Assembly (NCBI GenBank): GCA_028534125.1
Contig: CM052817.1
Coordinates: forward strand, 14,324,001 to 14,388,000
DNA from: Lama glama
Lineage: Eukaryota
Direction of reading: 5' to 3'
DNA length: 64,000 nucleotides
The first letter of the stretch is position 1. The number at the start of each line of letters is the position of its first letter. A program made the translations under genes and the position numbers. Under the pieces are notes generated by a model. That model was not told where the DNA came from. It saw only the letters and a list, made by a program, of their open reading frames with translations, and ran no database searches. This document shows, in pieces, positions 38,961 to 52,419 of this stretch.

Positions 38961-39699
38961 CAAGATTTGACATCATCTCTCACAGCGGGGGTAGGAGACT
39001 CCTGCTCCAGTTATCCAGTCATTGCAAGTGGAGCTGCCTCTTCATCAGGTACAGAATCGCCAAGAGCCAACAGAGACTCAAGATTTGATTAACTCTGGAA
39101 TTCAATTCAGACAATGAAATATGCAAAATTACATATTTCTGTGCTTTATTGTTTTTCATCTGTTTTCTCACATAGTGCTTTTTGCCCTTAAAATATTCTA
39201 TGGTGATTTGGGCAAGCTACATTTAGGACTCTGTGTGTTGTATTACACATTCATAGACCAACAAAAGTGAATATGTATTTGCACAGTGTCTAGTATACTG
39301 CAAGCACTTAATAAATATTTTAATCAATTAAATAGTCATAGAAGCCTTTTTGTCATACAAAATCAACATCCGTATTCAGCATTTGGAGAAAGAACATCTT
39401 ATCATTCCTGGTAGAATAAGAGTTTTGATTATTTGATGCTGAAAAGGGAAACATAACAAATTTTCAGATGAGTGTAATTGCACTGTGGTAATTACACAGG
39501 TCTGAGTTCATTACAGTAAATGCTAATTTAATGTCTGATTCATTTCTCTAACTGGCACTAAAAATGCTTTTACTTCACATGCAATATGAAAACATACTAG
39601 ATTGTAGAATTTTGGAGGAAAATACAAGTTTGCTGATTTATTGGCCTTTCAGGATAAGTAAAGGACATTCCAACTATGGCTTACATAGACAAAGGAGAC

Positions 39700-40130
39700 T
39701 TCAGAAAAACCAGTTTAAGCCTATGGACCTCCTCCTTACAACAATGCTTTTAAATGAATAAAAGGACATACACAGGATTATAAAGAGAACGAATTACATT
39801 GGGAAAGCTATCAAAGTATTTTCAAGAACAATTTTGTGATACAGTGATACAGTTTATTATAAAAATGTTAACTATCAATATGTTGAAGTGTGTCCAATAA
39901 CTACTGTAAGTTTTAATCATACTGGCAACAACTGCAATATGATGATATGATTATATCTGTATCCGCTGGTGATGAGTTGCACATAACTTCTATGGCTTAA
40001 GTCTCATAATTAAAGGACTTGCTAATTTCAGTTAGCCAGAAGGTAGTAAAATTAAGATGTAATTTATTCTCCTATGTAAATGTACTGAATCTCTGAATTC
40101 TGTTGGTGGACCCCGGGTGAAGAAACCTTG
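39700..40130. mobile_element. hAT-Charlie element, MER119-like
   Basis: aagcctatggacc..atgcttttaaatg..caggattataaag..aatttcagttag..ggaccccgggtgaagaaacc. Confidence 0.7.
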
Positions 40131-40726
40131 TCATGGAAGCAGCACTGAAGGCAGAGTATTACAGGATGAAACACAGCAACCAGAAAGAGGGGAATTAGGG
40201 AAAGCCTTCCTCTCTCCCAGCGCGAGTGGAAAGAAAAACAAGAATTGTTCAGGTGGAATTAATTTTAGAGCCAAACATATCCTTGCTTCACAGAATAAAA
40301 TACAATGCTATTAAAAAATAAGTTAAAACAGATTTCAAGCAGGCTGCTTCATGAAAGTCTTTGAAAAAGTAATGTACTGGATTTTTAAGTGACTGACAGC
40401 ACAAAACCTCTTTTAAAATTTCTAATGTATATTTCATCATAAACAGTGAACGAAAGATCAAAGGGAAAAAAATGGTAGGACTATTCACTTATTTGATATA
40501 CATATAAAAGCAAATATGTTCTGCCTTCTAGAGGCTTGAATCTAGTTTATTAACAGTAGCACACACCCAAATTTGTAGTGACATAACAGCCTATGTGCAG
40601 ATCAGCCCATCTGTTAGTAGCCAGCCAGTCTCAAACAGATACCACTCGATTGCCTGGATTTGAATCAACAAAGATTAAATGTCAGTAAAAACACATTGAC
40701 TGAGATCAAAATCAGCAAATTAAAAA

Positions 40727-40957
40727 ATTGGGAGTTTGGGAAACTTGCAGATACTATTATATATAAAATAGATAAACAACAAGATCCTACTGTATAGCAC
40801 AGGGAACTATATTCAATGTCTTGTAATGGCTATAATGAAAAATAATATGAAAATAATATATATCTATTTATGTATAACTGAACCACTATGCTGTACACCA
40901 GAAACTAACAACATTGTAACTGACTAATAATAATTTTTTTAAAAATTGAAAAAAAAA
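40727..40957 (+). mobile_element. Young L1 3' tail
   Basis: ttgggagtttgg..gcagatact..atagataaacaacaagatcctactgtatagcacagggaactat..tgctgtacaccagaaactaacac. Confidence 0.9.
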
Positions 40958-41108
40958 GTAGCTCCATTAAAATCAAATACTGAGTTACTCTCATTTAACA
41001 TGATACAGTGCCAAGAACCAGCATTTGGGGTCACCCTAGAATCATTCGGAAGAATCAACAACATAAAAGGAATACATAAGGTACTGCCTAATAGGAGCAG
41101 ATGGTTAC

Positions 41109-41798
41109 TGGTTAAAAAAAAAAAACAAAAAACAAGACAACAGGCCCCAAATGGAGTTGCTTAGACTAAGCCCCATGTCACCAAACCAAAACTTAACAAA
41201 TGTTCAACTCTCCCAGAAATGTAATTTGAAACCAATCAGGAATCATCTGATGAGCACTGGTTAGGTAATCTGCCTGACAGACCCCCTGCCACCCCTTACA
41301 GGACCGTGACCTTGCGACTACCAGCCCACTTTGTGCCAAGTGTTATTTCCTTGTTCCTACTCCCTTCTGCCTATAAAAGTCTTTCACTGGTTCAGCTCCT
41401 TGGAGCTCCCGTTTATCTGCTAGATTAGATGCTGACTGATAAAAAGTTATTTTTGTTCAGATAAACTATTAAAATTGCAATATGTTTCAGGTTTTTTTTA
41501 AATTTATTTTTTTCAAGGTATAGTCAATTTATATTGTTGTGTCAATTTCTGGTGTATAGCACAATGCTTCAGTCATACATGAATATGTGTATATTCATTT
41601 TCATATTCTTTTTCACCATAAGCTATTAGAAGATATTAAATATAGTTCCCTGTGCTATGCAGTATAAACTTGTTTTTCTATTTTATATATATTAGTCAGT
41701 ATCTACAAATCTCGAACTCCCAGTTTATCCCTTCCCACCCCCTTCCCCCGGGTCACCGTAAGTTTGTTTTCTGTGTTGTTCCAGGTTATCTTTTAACA
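41109..41798 (+). mobile_element. ERV1-class solo LTR (TG...CA, 4-bp TSD ttac), interrupted by an L1 tail
   Basis: ttac at 41105-41108 and 41799-41802; CCAAT (aaccaatcag) and TATA (cctataaaag) motifs; ends atcttttaaca. Confidence 0.85.
41494..41776 (-). mobile_element. Young L1 3' tail nested in the LTR
   Basis: Reverse-complement homolog of 7455-7749; TSD tgtt(t/c)caggtt at 41483-41493 and 41777-41787. Confidence 0.92.
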
Positions 41799-42016
41799 TT
41801 ACTTTAGCAACTTAGTGCTTTGTGCCTTAGGTTTATTCTCCTAATACTCTGTCTTCTCAGTGTCACACAGAGCTAAAGTCCAACCATCAGACAAGAATTT
41901 GGGGGCTTCCTGATTTTTCTTACCCCTCTTTTTTGTTCTCTGGTAATGACTGCCCTCTTGCCTAACTCTTCCTTAACCACTGTGTATTCTGACCTAAAGT
42001 ACTTAATGTACTTTTA

Positions 42017-42064
42017 TTATTTTTTTACTTTTTTTATTGATTTATAATCATTTTACAATGTTGT
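42017..42064 (-). mobile_element. Extremely truncated young L1 tip (48 bp) with 15-bp TSD
   Basis: TSD cttaatg(t/c)actttta at 42002-42016 and 42065-42079; core identical to 1223-1251. Confidence 0.9.
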
Positions 42065-43549
42065 CTTAATGCACTTTTAATACAAACCAGCAGTCCCACT
42101 GCAGACGCCCCAGCTCCTCCGAGGTCGCCAGCTGTTCCCTAGCCCTGGTGCTATTTCTGGCCTTTCTCCTTTTACAGTAGCCTCTTAGGCAGTAAGCCCT
42201 TGGCCCAGAAAGGAGATGGACGGTCTATAAATTTATCTCCAAGTCCTTCAACCTTCAAGTAGACACTAAGGAACTTTCTGGGGTTGCAGGCAAAGAGCCA
42301 GACCTCAGAGCAATCAGGATGAGCCGGGAATGTACAGAGGTACCTTCTGAGAGTAGAAAGGTCAGAGCCTCTCAGAAGGCCCTAATATGGGGACATGAGG
42401 TACAAGGAAGCTTTTCTCTTTGTCTAGAAGGTCACTGTGGTCTCTGCTCAAAGGTCTCTGTGTATGAAACAGCTATTGCCTCTTCTGCCTATAACTGATT
42501 GAGCTGTATCATTTCCCACCATTGGCTGGCATCTTGCCGTTCATCACCATCGCCCTCTTAAGAAGCACGTCTTCCCTGTAGACTCAGGCTCCTGGTCCCC
42601 TCCTGACTAAACCTAGCAACGCCCAAGACGACAGTGAGCAAAGCTTTCAACACTTTTATTTAACAAACTCACTATTTTCAAGCTAGGTCACTCCTAAGGT
42701 AATTGGTATATTTAAGTCAATTATTTCCTTTCCTTTTCATTCTGGACAACATGAACACAAACACAAACATCTAGAGAGCTCATAGATGATATAATAAAAT
42801 CTGGTCAGACGAGTCTAACATCCCTTCTAAACCGCCTGGGCCTCAGTGCCCTCATTCCTACGAAAGGGCTAGTGAAAATCGTTAGAATGCAGCGGGGAGA
42901 TGACAGGGAAGTGAGCCTAATACTGATTAGTGGTCCCTTAAGTGACAAATCCCCAACTCATGCTGCTCTGTCATGGTACTCACGTTCTTTAATAAAACTA
43001 AAAGAAAAATACAGTGAGGTTTTCATAAAGTAACGTTTATTCAATTAAAATATTGTCTTTTATTCTCAGATCATATTTGAGGACAGAGCTCTTTCTTTTA
43101 TAAAATCACCATGATAATTTATGGTAGTCTTTCTCCCAGTGTATTGGTATTACAAAATAAAAATGTGACCCTACGCCATGCTAGACTCTCCTTTTTAAGA
43201 AATTGCACATCTCCAAGAAGTGGAGATGTCTGAAAACCTGAGCTCTTAATCATGACATACAACAGTTTCTGAGCATAGCTGAACTTGAGTTTGTTTGGAA
43301 GCCCAGAGGAATCACGCTGAAGCCAAGGAATCCCTATGCTAGAACTGTCTGTCCACCCTACTGTGCCGTGTCCCCCAGTGGGCACTCCTGGCAGATGCCA
43401 TTGGCTTGTGAGATGCTGCTCTTGGAGCAGAGGCTGATCCAACCAGCATGTCCTGTGTCTGCAGGTGAGCCTGGCTGAAGACGAAAGAGTCCTGTGCCCT
43501 TCTGCACTCGCCTTGGTGACTGGTTTCCTTCAATTCAAAGGATCGACTC

Positions 43550-44160
43550 ATTTGTTCCTTAAATTTTTTTCTGAACGTATAATTACTCCATGCACATTGT
43601 AGAAGCTTTAGCAAACACAGAAGAGTAAAAATAAAGAGAACTTACCAAAATTCCATCATTCAAAGACAACCAGTGTTGCCATTTGAGTCTTATTTTCCTG
43701 CCTTTGATAATTCATATATTCTTTTCTTTGGCATAATTTGGATCATACTTCATGTATAGCTGACTATCTTGCTTTTTTTAAGAGACACAGTCTTGAGAAA
43801 TTGTTTTGTATTGTTAAGCATTCTCTGAAATCACTGTGTTTAATGACCACAAAATGTTTCACCACATATTTTTTTTCTATTTAAAAAGTGCCTAGTGGAA
43901 ATCTTTGTTTATGAATCACTGTGAGAAAATGTAATTATCTCTGTAAGTGAATTAGAATTACTAAATCAGAGGGTATGGAATTTTTAAGGAATTAGGCTTC
44001 AGTTTTCCAAATTTACACTCTTGTCATCAATGCATGCATGCCTGTATCTCTAGTACTGGTATCCACTGTTAACCATAGTTAATTTAAAAATGACAAAGTC
44101 AGCATCTAGTAATTTTTATTTCTTCACCTTAAAAACCTACTGAGGTCAAACATTTTTGGT
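43550..44160 (-). mobile_element. Old L1ME-like 3' remnant
   Basis: catgcacattgtagaa..gggatcatact-like..tagaattactaaatcagagggtatg..ttttccaaatttacactc. Confidence 0.55.
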
Positions 44161-45359
44161 GTTGATTAGTCACACCTGTCCCTCAGCCATTGTTCCCTAG
44201 TGGACTTAAGTTTCCTGGACAAAATGTCATCTTGCTGTCCATTTCTAAGAAAAAAAGAGGGGAGAACAAAGCCTCTAAGAACGTACTAGAGGGTGCATAT
44301 AAAAATCTATCCCAATCTTGCAGTAGTTCTTGTAATTATTCTACCTGACAACCACCTAGCTTACCCAGTAAATAGACATGCTGGAATCCAAACTCAACCT
44401 GCGTTTGTCTCCAAAATCTTGAGCTTTGCAATATGGTGCACCTCCCAGGATGCTGTCAATATGTGCACCTTAACAATGATTCTGTAGCTTTAACCTCTTA
44501 CTTCTTAAATGGATTCGCCAAAAACCAAAGTAAGCCAGAAGTGGCAAAAATGAAGATAAATCCCTTATTAACTAGTGGATTCCCACTTCTCCCTTTTCCA
44601 AAGATACCTGCTTCCTTATGTGGGAAGTTTTCTGATGATAATAATGAGGATCTAAAACATTAATCTCATATCCATTCAAGAAAATGCTCTATGATAACGA
44701 GGTCACCATCCTTGGGTTTGAAAGGGCTTCTGGCCTGATCTAATGTTTCTGGTGTAAGAAACAGTATTAAATCATCAGATTACTGTGTAATATATGGAGT
44801 TAAGCAGTACAATGTCTGGGTTTGTGCAAGCTGCCTGAACAGAAGTAAAAATGTAAGCTCATTTATATACCTATAATTTTCTAAACATGTTTTTAGCTGA
44901 GTTTCCGGTAGCCCACTATTAGTGACAATTTCCCCAAAGCATCACCATTCAACTTTAAAACCTTTGCGTGAACTAAATTGCTTTGTCCCAAATTTGACTC
45001 AATATTTTCCTGTAGTTTCATATAAAATAAACAACAGCAGTTGTTCATCTAGATCTCAGCGCCTGCCACTTCACTTGTTACAAATTCATATCCCCTGAAC
45101 ATGCAGAGGTATATATACAGCAAGGAATAAGCCTTTTCCACATGTTTGTACACTTTCTGAAAGGGTTTCTGCTGATTCCCACTGACACAGATTGGAATCT
45201 ACTAATACACTAACATTTCTTAAGCAGAAATGGTATCTACTACTTTATAATTAAGTATCCTTGTTCATATGATAGTGAGGGCTATTAACTGTGCGTAGTA
45301 CATATCTGAGATGTTACCTTCTCTTTTTAAAATTATTGATGGACCTCAAGTGACAAGAA

Positions 45360-45510
45360 GCATGAGAAGGGAAGCACTGTGCTAAGTATTTAAACAACAT
45401 TGGCTTATTTCAGTGGGTAATACTGCCTCGCCTTTGTAGGTGGAAAAAAACCAAGGCTCAGAGAGAATAATTTGCTTCATGTCACAAGCACTCAGATTTG
45501 GAAGGCCTAG
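45360..45510 (-). mobile_element. MIR SINE fragment
   Basis: gcactgtgctaagtattt..aaaccaaggctcagagag..gtcaca. Confidence 0.6.
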
Positions 45511-45932
45511 GTTGAACAGCTACTCAAGAAACAAAAGGCAGAAAGCAATGAGAAGAATGGTTTTAAAGAAATGTGAAGACTTCTGCAAATTTTATATTTT
45601 GATGCTTACTTGGTCTTTAGATTTAGAAGTTATGGAATGTGTGCATTTCAAGGCGAAGAGGAGAGGGGAGCTTTTGGAATCTGGATATGGGGACAGTCCG
45701 TGGGCAGAGGAAGAAACACAAGGGAGTAGGAAACCAGGTAGTGTTAGGAAAGAAGCTGGGAGATTGTGCCAAGAGGCAGCCTAGCGCAGTCGCTTTCAAA
45801 TTGCTGAGTCCTGCCTTCTGCAGGAAAAGAGCAGAGGGACTTTGAACGAGCATGGACTTTGTGAAGCTTTAACTTTATTTAAAGGTCTGGAGAACTCAAG
45901 AGCAAAATGGAATGGGAAACCTCATCAGTGAC

Positions 45933-46432
45933 NNNNNNNNNNNNNNNNNNNNNNNNNNNNNNNNNNNNNNNNNNNNNNNNNNNNNNNNNNNNNNNNNNNN
46001 NNNNNNNNNNNNNNNNNNNNNNNNNNNNNNNNNNNNNNNNNNNNNNNNNNNNNNNNNNNNNNNNNNNNNNNNNNNNNNNNNNNNNNNNNNNNNNNNNNNN
46101 NNNNNNNNNNNNNNNNNNNNNNNNNNNNNNNNNNNNNNNNNNNNNNNNNNNNNNNNNNNNNNNNNNNNNNNNNNNNNNNNNNNNNNNNNNNNNNNNNNNN
46201 NNNNNNNNNNNNNNNNNNNNNNNNNNNNNNNNNNNNNNNNNNNNNNNNNNNNNNNNNNNNNNNNNNNNNNNNNNNNNNNNNNNNNNNNNNNNNNNNNNNN
46301 NNNNNNNNNNNNNNNNNNNNNNNNNNNNNNNNNNNNNNNNNNNNNNNNNNNNNNNNNNNNNNNNNNNNNNNNNNNNNNNNNNNNNNNNNNNNNNNNNNNN
46401 NNNNNNNNNNNNNNNNNNNNNNNNNNNNNNNN
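45933..46432. other. Assembly gap, exactly 500 N
   Basis: N run of placeholder length. Confidence 1.
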
Positions 46433-46589
46433 GAGGAAATGCTGTATTTTGGAGACTCAAACAAAAATACAGATGGGGAGTTAGCTCTGCATTCTGTCCC
46501 ATTAGATAACAAGACATACATAAATATCAAACACAAAGGAAACTCTTCCTAGGAAAGTCATGTATCGTCCAGCTGTCCATCAGCTGGGG

Positions 46590-46820
46590 GTTGGGGCCTG
46601 ACTGGCAGGGCACGAACCCTGCACCTTGCACTCACAGGCTCGAAAACCTCAGGTCACTCTCCTGCTCTAAGATGGCATGGCCCTCCCTTATAAATGGGAG
46701 CCAAAGAGAATATCCACTTCGTAGGGTCGTGAGCATTAAGGGACATAAGTCATGTAAAAATACTCACCCTATTACTGCCTGCCATAAACTATATACTCAA
46801 AGATACTATTGTCATTATCA
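46590..46820 (+). mobile_element. MIR SINE
   Basis: ctccttataaatggga..gtagggtcgtgagcattaa..catgtaaaa. Confidence 0.55.
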
Positions 46821-47422
46821 TCAAGTCTTGAATTTCTAGAGCTTTCCGTGTTGCCTGTCTCATAATGGACAGCACATTAGAAAACTATCTGTAGTCAGGA
46901 AACTGAGAGCCCTACCAGAACTCATCTGACGGCCAGCGTACCTGATCCTTGACTTCTGCCAGGCTCTTCTCACATTGAGATATCATTCAGTATCACATCT
47001 CTTTTCCTCATTTCATTCCTATCGCCTCCCTAGGGATCCTCCCCTCCACTGGCCCTCTGTCATACTCGTCTGTTCAAATCTCTGCCTGGCACTTCCCACT
47101 GACTCTCACTTTGCTACCCTATCATCTGCCCTCTCCCCCTCCCCTCCACCCCAATCCAGGCCTTGTCTGTCTTCCTGTCTGGTGTTTCCCCAGTGCCTAA
47201 GATAGTACCTGGCCTTGGTAAGTCCTTACCCAAGGACATGGTGGATGTGGGCACTGGGTTAGTTTGGTAACAAGAGTGGATAGCATATCATGATGGCCAA
47301 GTCAGAAACTCACTCAGCATGGGAACTAACGTGGGCCCCATGAGGAGGGCTTAAACCACTGTCTTCCAGATTTGTCTCTAGGGACCATCAGGAAAAAGGA
47401 CATGATACTGCCTGCTTTCTCA

Positions 47423-47889
47423 CAATAGCTCTTCCTTGACTAATCATGCAGTTACATCTCAACAAACCCATCGTAAGTTGAAAATGCACTGAATACAACT
47501 AACCTAACCAAACACCATAGCTTAGCTGAGCAACATTCAGAGCAATTATATTAGCCTACAGTTGGGCAAAATTATCTGAAACAAAGGGTATGTTATAAAA
47601 AAAAATGTTGACTATCGTGTGTAATTTACTGACTACTATACCGAAAGTGACAAACAGAATGACTGCATAGGTGAAAATGACTGTAAGCGTAGGGGTCGCT
47701 TACCCTCATGATCGTGTGACTGACTGGGAGCTACCACAGTATCACGAGAGAGTTTTGTACAGCATATCACTGGCCCGGGAAAAGATCAAAATTCAAATTT
47801 TGAAGTATGGTTTCAAATGCATACCCCTTTCTCACTGTAGTAAAGTCAAAGACTCACAAGTGGAACCACTGGAAGTCAGGGACAGTCTA
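47423..47889 (+). mobile_element. TcMar-Tigger element, MER47/Tigger5-like
   Basis: aaacccatcgtaagttgaaaatgca..attagcctacagttgggcaaaat..gggaaaagatcaaaattcaaattttgaagtatggtttc..aagtcagggacagtct. Confidence 0.85.
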
Positions 47890-48039
47890 TACTTCCCAGC
47901 CAAACCACCTGTCTTCCAGATTCTGAAAGGTGATATCACCACGACATTCCCTCTTCCTGGACTCCTCTCCCAGCAAGCTTTCAACAGCTGCAGGCACCAG
48001 CCCATCCCTCAGGTGTCCATCTCAGAGATGCTCTGCTGA

Positions 48040-48285
48040 CTGCAGTACCGTATCCTCCCCACCACAGCTGTTACTTCCCAACCCAGCTCCCGGATGGGTC
48101 TTTCATGGCATTTGTCACAATCTGTAATTATTTAATATGTCTACTTTCTTTTATTCTATTCTGTCCATTAGAATACACACTCCATGAGAGAAAGCCCAAC
48201 TTTTCGTTGTTCAATACTGACGGCATCCCCAGCACCTTATACAATTCCTGGCATGTAACTTGAGTTTGATAAATAAATATCAAAA
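48040..48285 (+). mobile_element. L2 3' end
   Basis: cattagaatacacactccatgaga..tgttcaatactg..atccccagcacct..cctggcatgta. Confidence 0.7.
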
Positions 48286-49780
48286 GTAGAGAGAAGAAAG
48301 GGAGCCAGGAGCAGAAGGAAGAAATACTTGGAGGAATCCATCTTATTTTATAAGTCTTCCCGAATCCCATTCAACATTCATTTATTGAGCAGTGATTGTT
48401 GACTGTAGGAAGAAAAGCCAGCACCATTCTCTCCATGAAGAAAACTATAGATACCATATTTAATAAGTGCTTAGCATTTTGCTTCGTTATTATTACAAAA
48501 TCCTAAAAGAAATAGTTTATCTCCTGACCCCTGATCCACAACTCTTTGTCCTTCAGATGAGGAACTACAGGAAATGGCAATAAATTACCTTCCCACCAAT
48601 TTCTATTTCTCATGTTCTTGCCACTAGCTCTATTCACCCACGTCCAGAGTCTCAAGTCAATCAAACTTTTATAACCAAATCTCCTTAACAAATGCAAAAC
48701 TCACTTCCCACCAAACAACCCTAATTTAGCACAAACTTTAAATTTCAAAGGAAGTTTGACCGTGCTTTGCTTTAAATGTCAGGGCTGGATATTCTGATGG
48801 AATAATTAAGGGGGAGGAAACACTTCCTTCCAGTAAAAAAAGGACTGCTAGTTTGTGCGGAGTACTAAGAATATTACATTTTAAATATGCCTTCCTCCGT
48901 ACAGTGCTAATGGGCATCCCAGTGATCGGCACAGAGCGTGCCTCTGTGTCCTGACTGCCAGGAAGATGGGAACCCTGGCACTGAAATTCAGAGGGCAAAC
49001 ATCACCTCTTAAAACGCAGATCTGTCAGCTTGTAGCTCATAATATATCTGCAGTTTTCAGTTACTGTTACTCATTTTCACAGCAATCTAGAATCCCTTTC
49101 CCTTGTGCATGAGGCCAATGGATTCTTCTTTTTCTTACTATTATATAAGTAAGCAGTTTTGAAGTACACATCATTCTGTACTATTTAGGGATGAGCAAGG
49201 TTCCAGCAGTTTAATAAATAGTGTTTTTATAACAGTTTGGAAATTCTATTAAAACATACTATGATTTTCCAAGTTTGATGCTGAGAACCTCATTAACTGT
49301 GACTATGAAAAGCTATGTTGATCTATACTAGACTGAAGTTAAGCTCTAAAGATGTCACAAAGCAAACAAAAATGCAAGTCTTCAGAAATTATTTGTACAC
49401 AACACAAATATTTTCATACAATACCCCATTTTCTCTTCAAACCCATTTTCTGAAGGTCCTTTGATTTTTCTAATTATATCAGGGAAGATTTCTCAGTGAG
49501 TTACTAAAATGTACTTAATATTCCTCTTCAACATTATTCCTAATGTTTTCTTACAAAGGGGCTTTCTGCCAGAGTCACAAGAGATATAACCAGCTCCTAA
49601 TGGGGTAGGGAGGGGGGCAGGGAGGGGGAAACACAGGATCTAACTAAAGCTTAGATCAAAACTGTGAACCCCCAGTCCATGAATCCAAAGGTTTCCCACA
49701 TTGAAAAGTTTTATCATGGTTTTTGTATCTTATCAAGAAACATGATATTTATTCATCTGAAATGTCTCTAAAGATTTATT

Positions 49781-49834
49781 ACACCAGAAATTAACACAAC
49801 ATTGTAAACCGACTATACTTCAATTAAAAAGAAA
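49781..49834 (+). mobile_element. Short young L1 3' tip
   Basis: acaccagaaattaacacaacattgtaaaccgactatacttcaattaaaaa matches the tails at about 7686-7730 and 55553-55598. Confidence 0.85.
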
Positions 49835-50744
49835 TACATTAAAACATCAGTAACGTTCAAGGTTAAGTAAATGCATCCAACGCCTGTGGCACTCAAGGCA
49901 CAAAAGAAATACTATATTTAGCTATTTTCTCATATTCTTTTTTTCATGTTTTCATATTTATAATGTCCATTATGTTAGGAAAGTAAGACATATCTATAAT
50001 AGATGCTTTTGCTTTATAGGGTGTGAGTGCTCAAATGATGACAGCCTGAAGATGCACAAAAAGAAAAGTTTAAAGACACTGAAAAGGCTGAAGTCACAAT
50101 AAGGAAATATGCTGAAAGTAGCAAGTTTTTGACGTAACCGTCAGCTTCAGGACAAAGCCTAAGTAAAATATTTTTTTCAAAAGAGAAAACTGACTTTCCT
50201 GTGTAAAAATACAGATGCTTAAGACAAAATATATAGGAAATGCTGTTTTAAAAAGCAGATGATAATTGCCTGGGGACAAGGAATTTTACTATACAAAGAT
50301 GCTACAAAGATATTATAAATGTTGAATTGCTCCCTTCCCCCATTTACTTTGCTAAATTGTTTCAGACACAGACTTATGAGAGAAAACGAATATTCTCTCT
50401 TTAGTGATTACCGTGCTTAAGAAAATTATGCTAAACTCATTTGCATGTAGATGATTAAGTCCTCTGAATAATGATTTCCTTAACTAACACACTTATTATT
50501 ACAGATGAAGTTATATAATAGAAAAGCTTAAAAGCAGTTGTAACCAGCTTTGATATATTCTAACCCATAAAGAAAACACTGCTCTTCACTGAAGCCAGTT
50601 GATTTTGCTGAACAGTTGCTGAACTTATAGAAGAGTCTTTGCAATTACTCTTTGACTTTCATATGTAAATTTTGGACAATAGCAAAAAAAAAAAAAAAAA
50701 AAGATGTTAAAGCTCCCTACTGAGTGTTTTGTTACTAGTTGCTC

Positions 50745-51590
50745 AGTCATGGCAGTTCACATCTGTGTAGCACTTCCTACGTGCCAGGTACTGTTCCTGA
50801 TTCATGCGCAGGATTTCATTTTATTGCCATACTTGATGGCTTTTGTACTATTCGGTACGAATAATATCACCACTTTACAGAGTGAGGTTAAGTGACTCAT
50901 CTAAGATCTCACAGTGTTGCAAGATAATGGGGCACAAGAGGATGGTCATGTCCCAGGTCTCAGGTGATTCTCTGGGATGAACCCCACCAAGTGAGGGTTC
51001 TTGGCTTCACACAGGAAAGAATTCAAGAGCAAGCCATAGCAAAGTAAAAGCAAGTTTATTTAGAGAGATACATATTCCATAGACAGAATGCAGTCAGTCT
51101 CATAAGTGAGAACAGCTCCAGGAGGTGGGGTCAGCTAGGGAAGTGAGAGTGGCCCCAGTGTGGGTAAGCGGTTAGTTCTTATGGGCTGGGTAATTTCACG
51201 GGCTAACAATCGGGAGGATTACTCCAACTTTTGGGGGGAAGGGGCACAGATTTTCTGGAACTGGGTCACTGCCCACGTTTTGGCCTTTTATGGTCAGCCT
51301 TGGAACTGGCATGTCATCTGTGGGTGTGCCATTTAGCATGCTAATACATTACAATGAGCATATGAGGTTCAAGGTCTACTGAAAATCAAAAATTCTGCCA
51401 TCTTGGGCCTAGTTGGTTCTAACCAGTTTTTGTTGTATTCTGTTTTTCTCAATGGTTGTGTCATTCTTTCAATGGTCATGCCCTGCCCCCCTTTCCTTCC
51501 TGACTCAACAGGTAGTAAGACTTGGAGCTGGGATTCAAAAACCAAATGATCTGGCTCCACAATCTTGTCTCTTAACTCCACTACGCTAAA
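50745..51590 (-). mobile_element. MIR split by an ERV LTR (halves about 50745-50914 and 51512-51590)
   Basis: The halves rejoin as ..gaggttaagtgactcatctaagatctcacag|gtagtaagacttggagctgggattcaaa.., collinear with antisense MIR. Confidence 0.75.
50915..51507 (-). mobile_element. ERV1-class solo LTR (MER31/MER67-like), TG...CA, 4-bp TSD acag
   Basis: acag at 50911-50914 and 51508-51511; antisense AATAAA (aaagcaagtttatt); ggaaagaattcaagagcaagcca and gccatcttgg motifs. Confidence 0.88.
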
Positions 51591-52419
51591 CCAACTCTGA
51601 ACAAGGATAAATCAAAAAGAAGTTTAACTGACTCATACACAGGTTAAGTTAAAGTAAAGAGGAGGGAAACTTGAGTGGACTAGAATAATTACTTAGGAAT
51701 ATTCTCTCTGGCATTTTATGCATAGCATGTTGGATAATTTTTATCTTTTAACAAAATAGAAACAAAAATAGAACTGTTGACTAAACACTTACTCTTTTTG
51801 CCTAGACTCTCAGGAAGCAGGTGCAATAAAGATGAGTGAAAACTTCAAGTCCATATTTCCATAATAACTTTGCACCCAAAGCCTGTGAGCCCAAGGAGGA
51901 GAAGGAGTTAAAAGGAAATCAGACAGCTACACAAGACTTTCCGAAACGGCCATGACACATAATGGCGAGTAAGAGCCACTCTCACCAACGACTGACTGTT
52001 TCCACCCTCAGGTTCAATCACACCAGAAGTAGTTAATTACATACCCTCCCCTTTGCTATTTTCATATTTTGTATGCTCTGTTCCATTGCACCACCACGCT
52101 ATTTTAAATCTCCAGCACCTACTAAATGGCTTCTGTCCAGCCTCAGAACTGGTCTAGAGCTTCCCTCTCTGTGGCTCATTTAACTGTTCCAGGGTTGGCC
52201 TCCGATTTCTGACCTGAAACTTCTATCTCTCTTGTGAGTCTTTCTAGTCTCCTGGACTTTGGTTTCATATCTAATTTGGTTCCTAATTCCCAGTCAAAAT
52301 GGATCACCTGTCCAGTTCTACTGCTACTAACAGCTACCTGCAAGCATCATTCTAGATATTTAATATTCATTTACCTCAAATGCTGATCAACTATGCAAAT
52401 TAAGAACTATTATCCCTAC

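Noticed and set aside
45879..46536. Four ORFs of 190-212 aa
   Set aside because: Artefacts of the second N gap.
47671..48039. 122-aa ORF
   Set aside because: Lies mostly in a non-coding MER47/Tigger5-like element; no transposase motifs.
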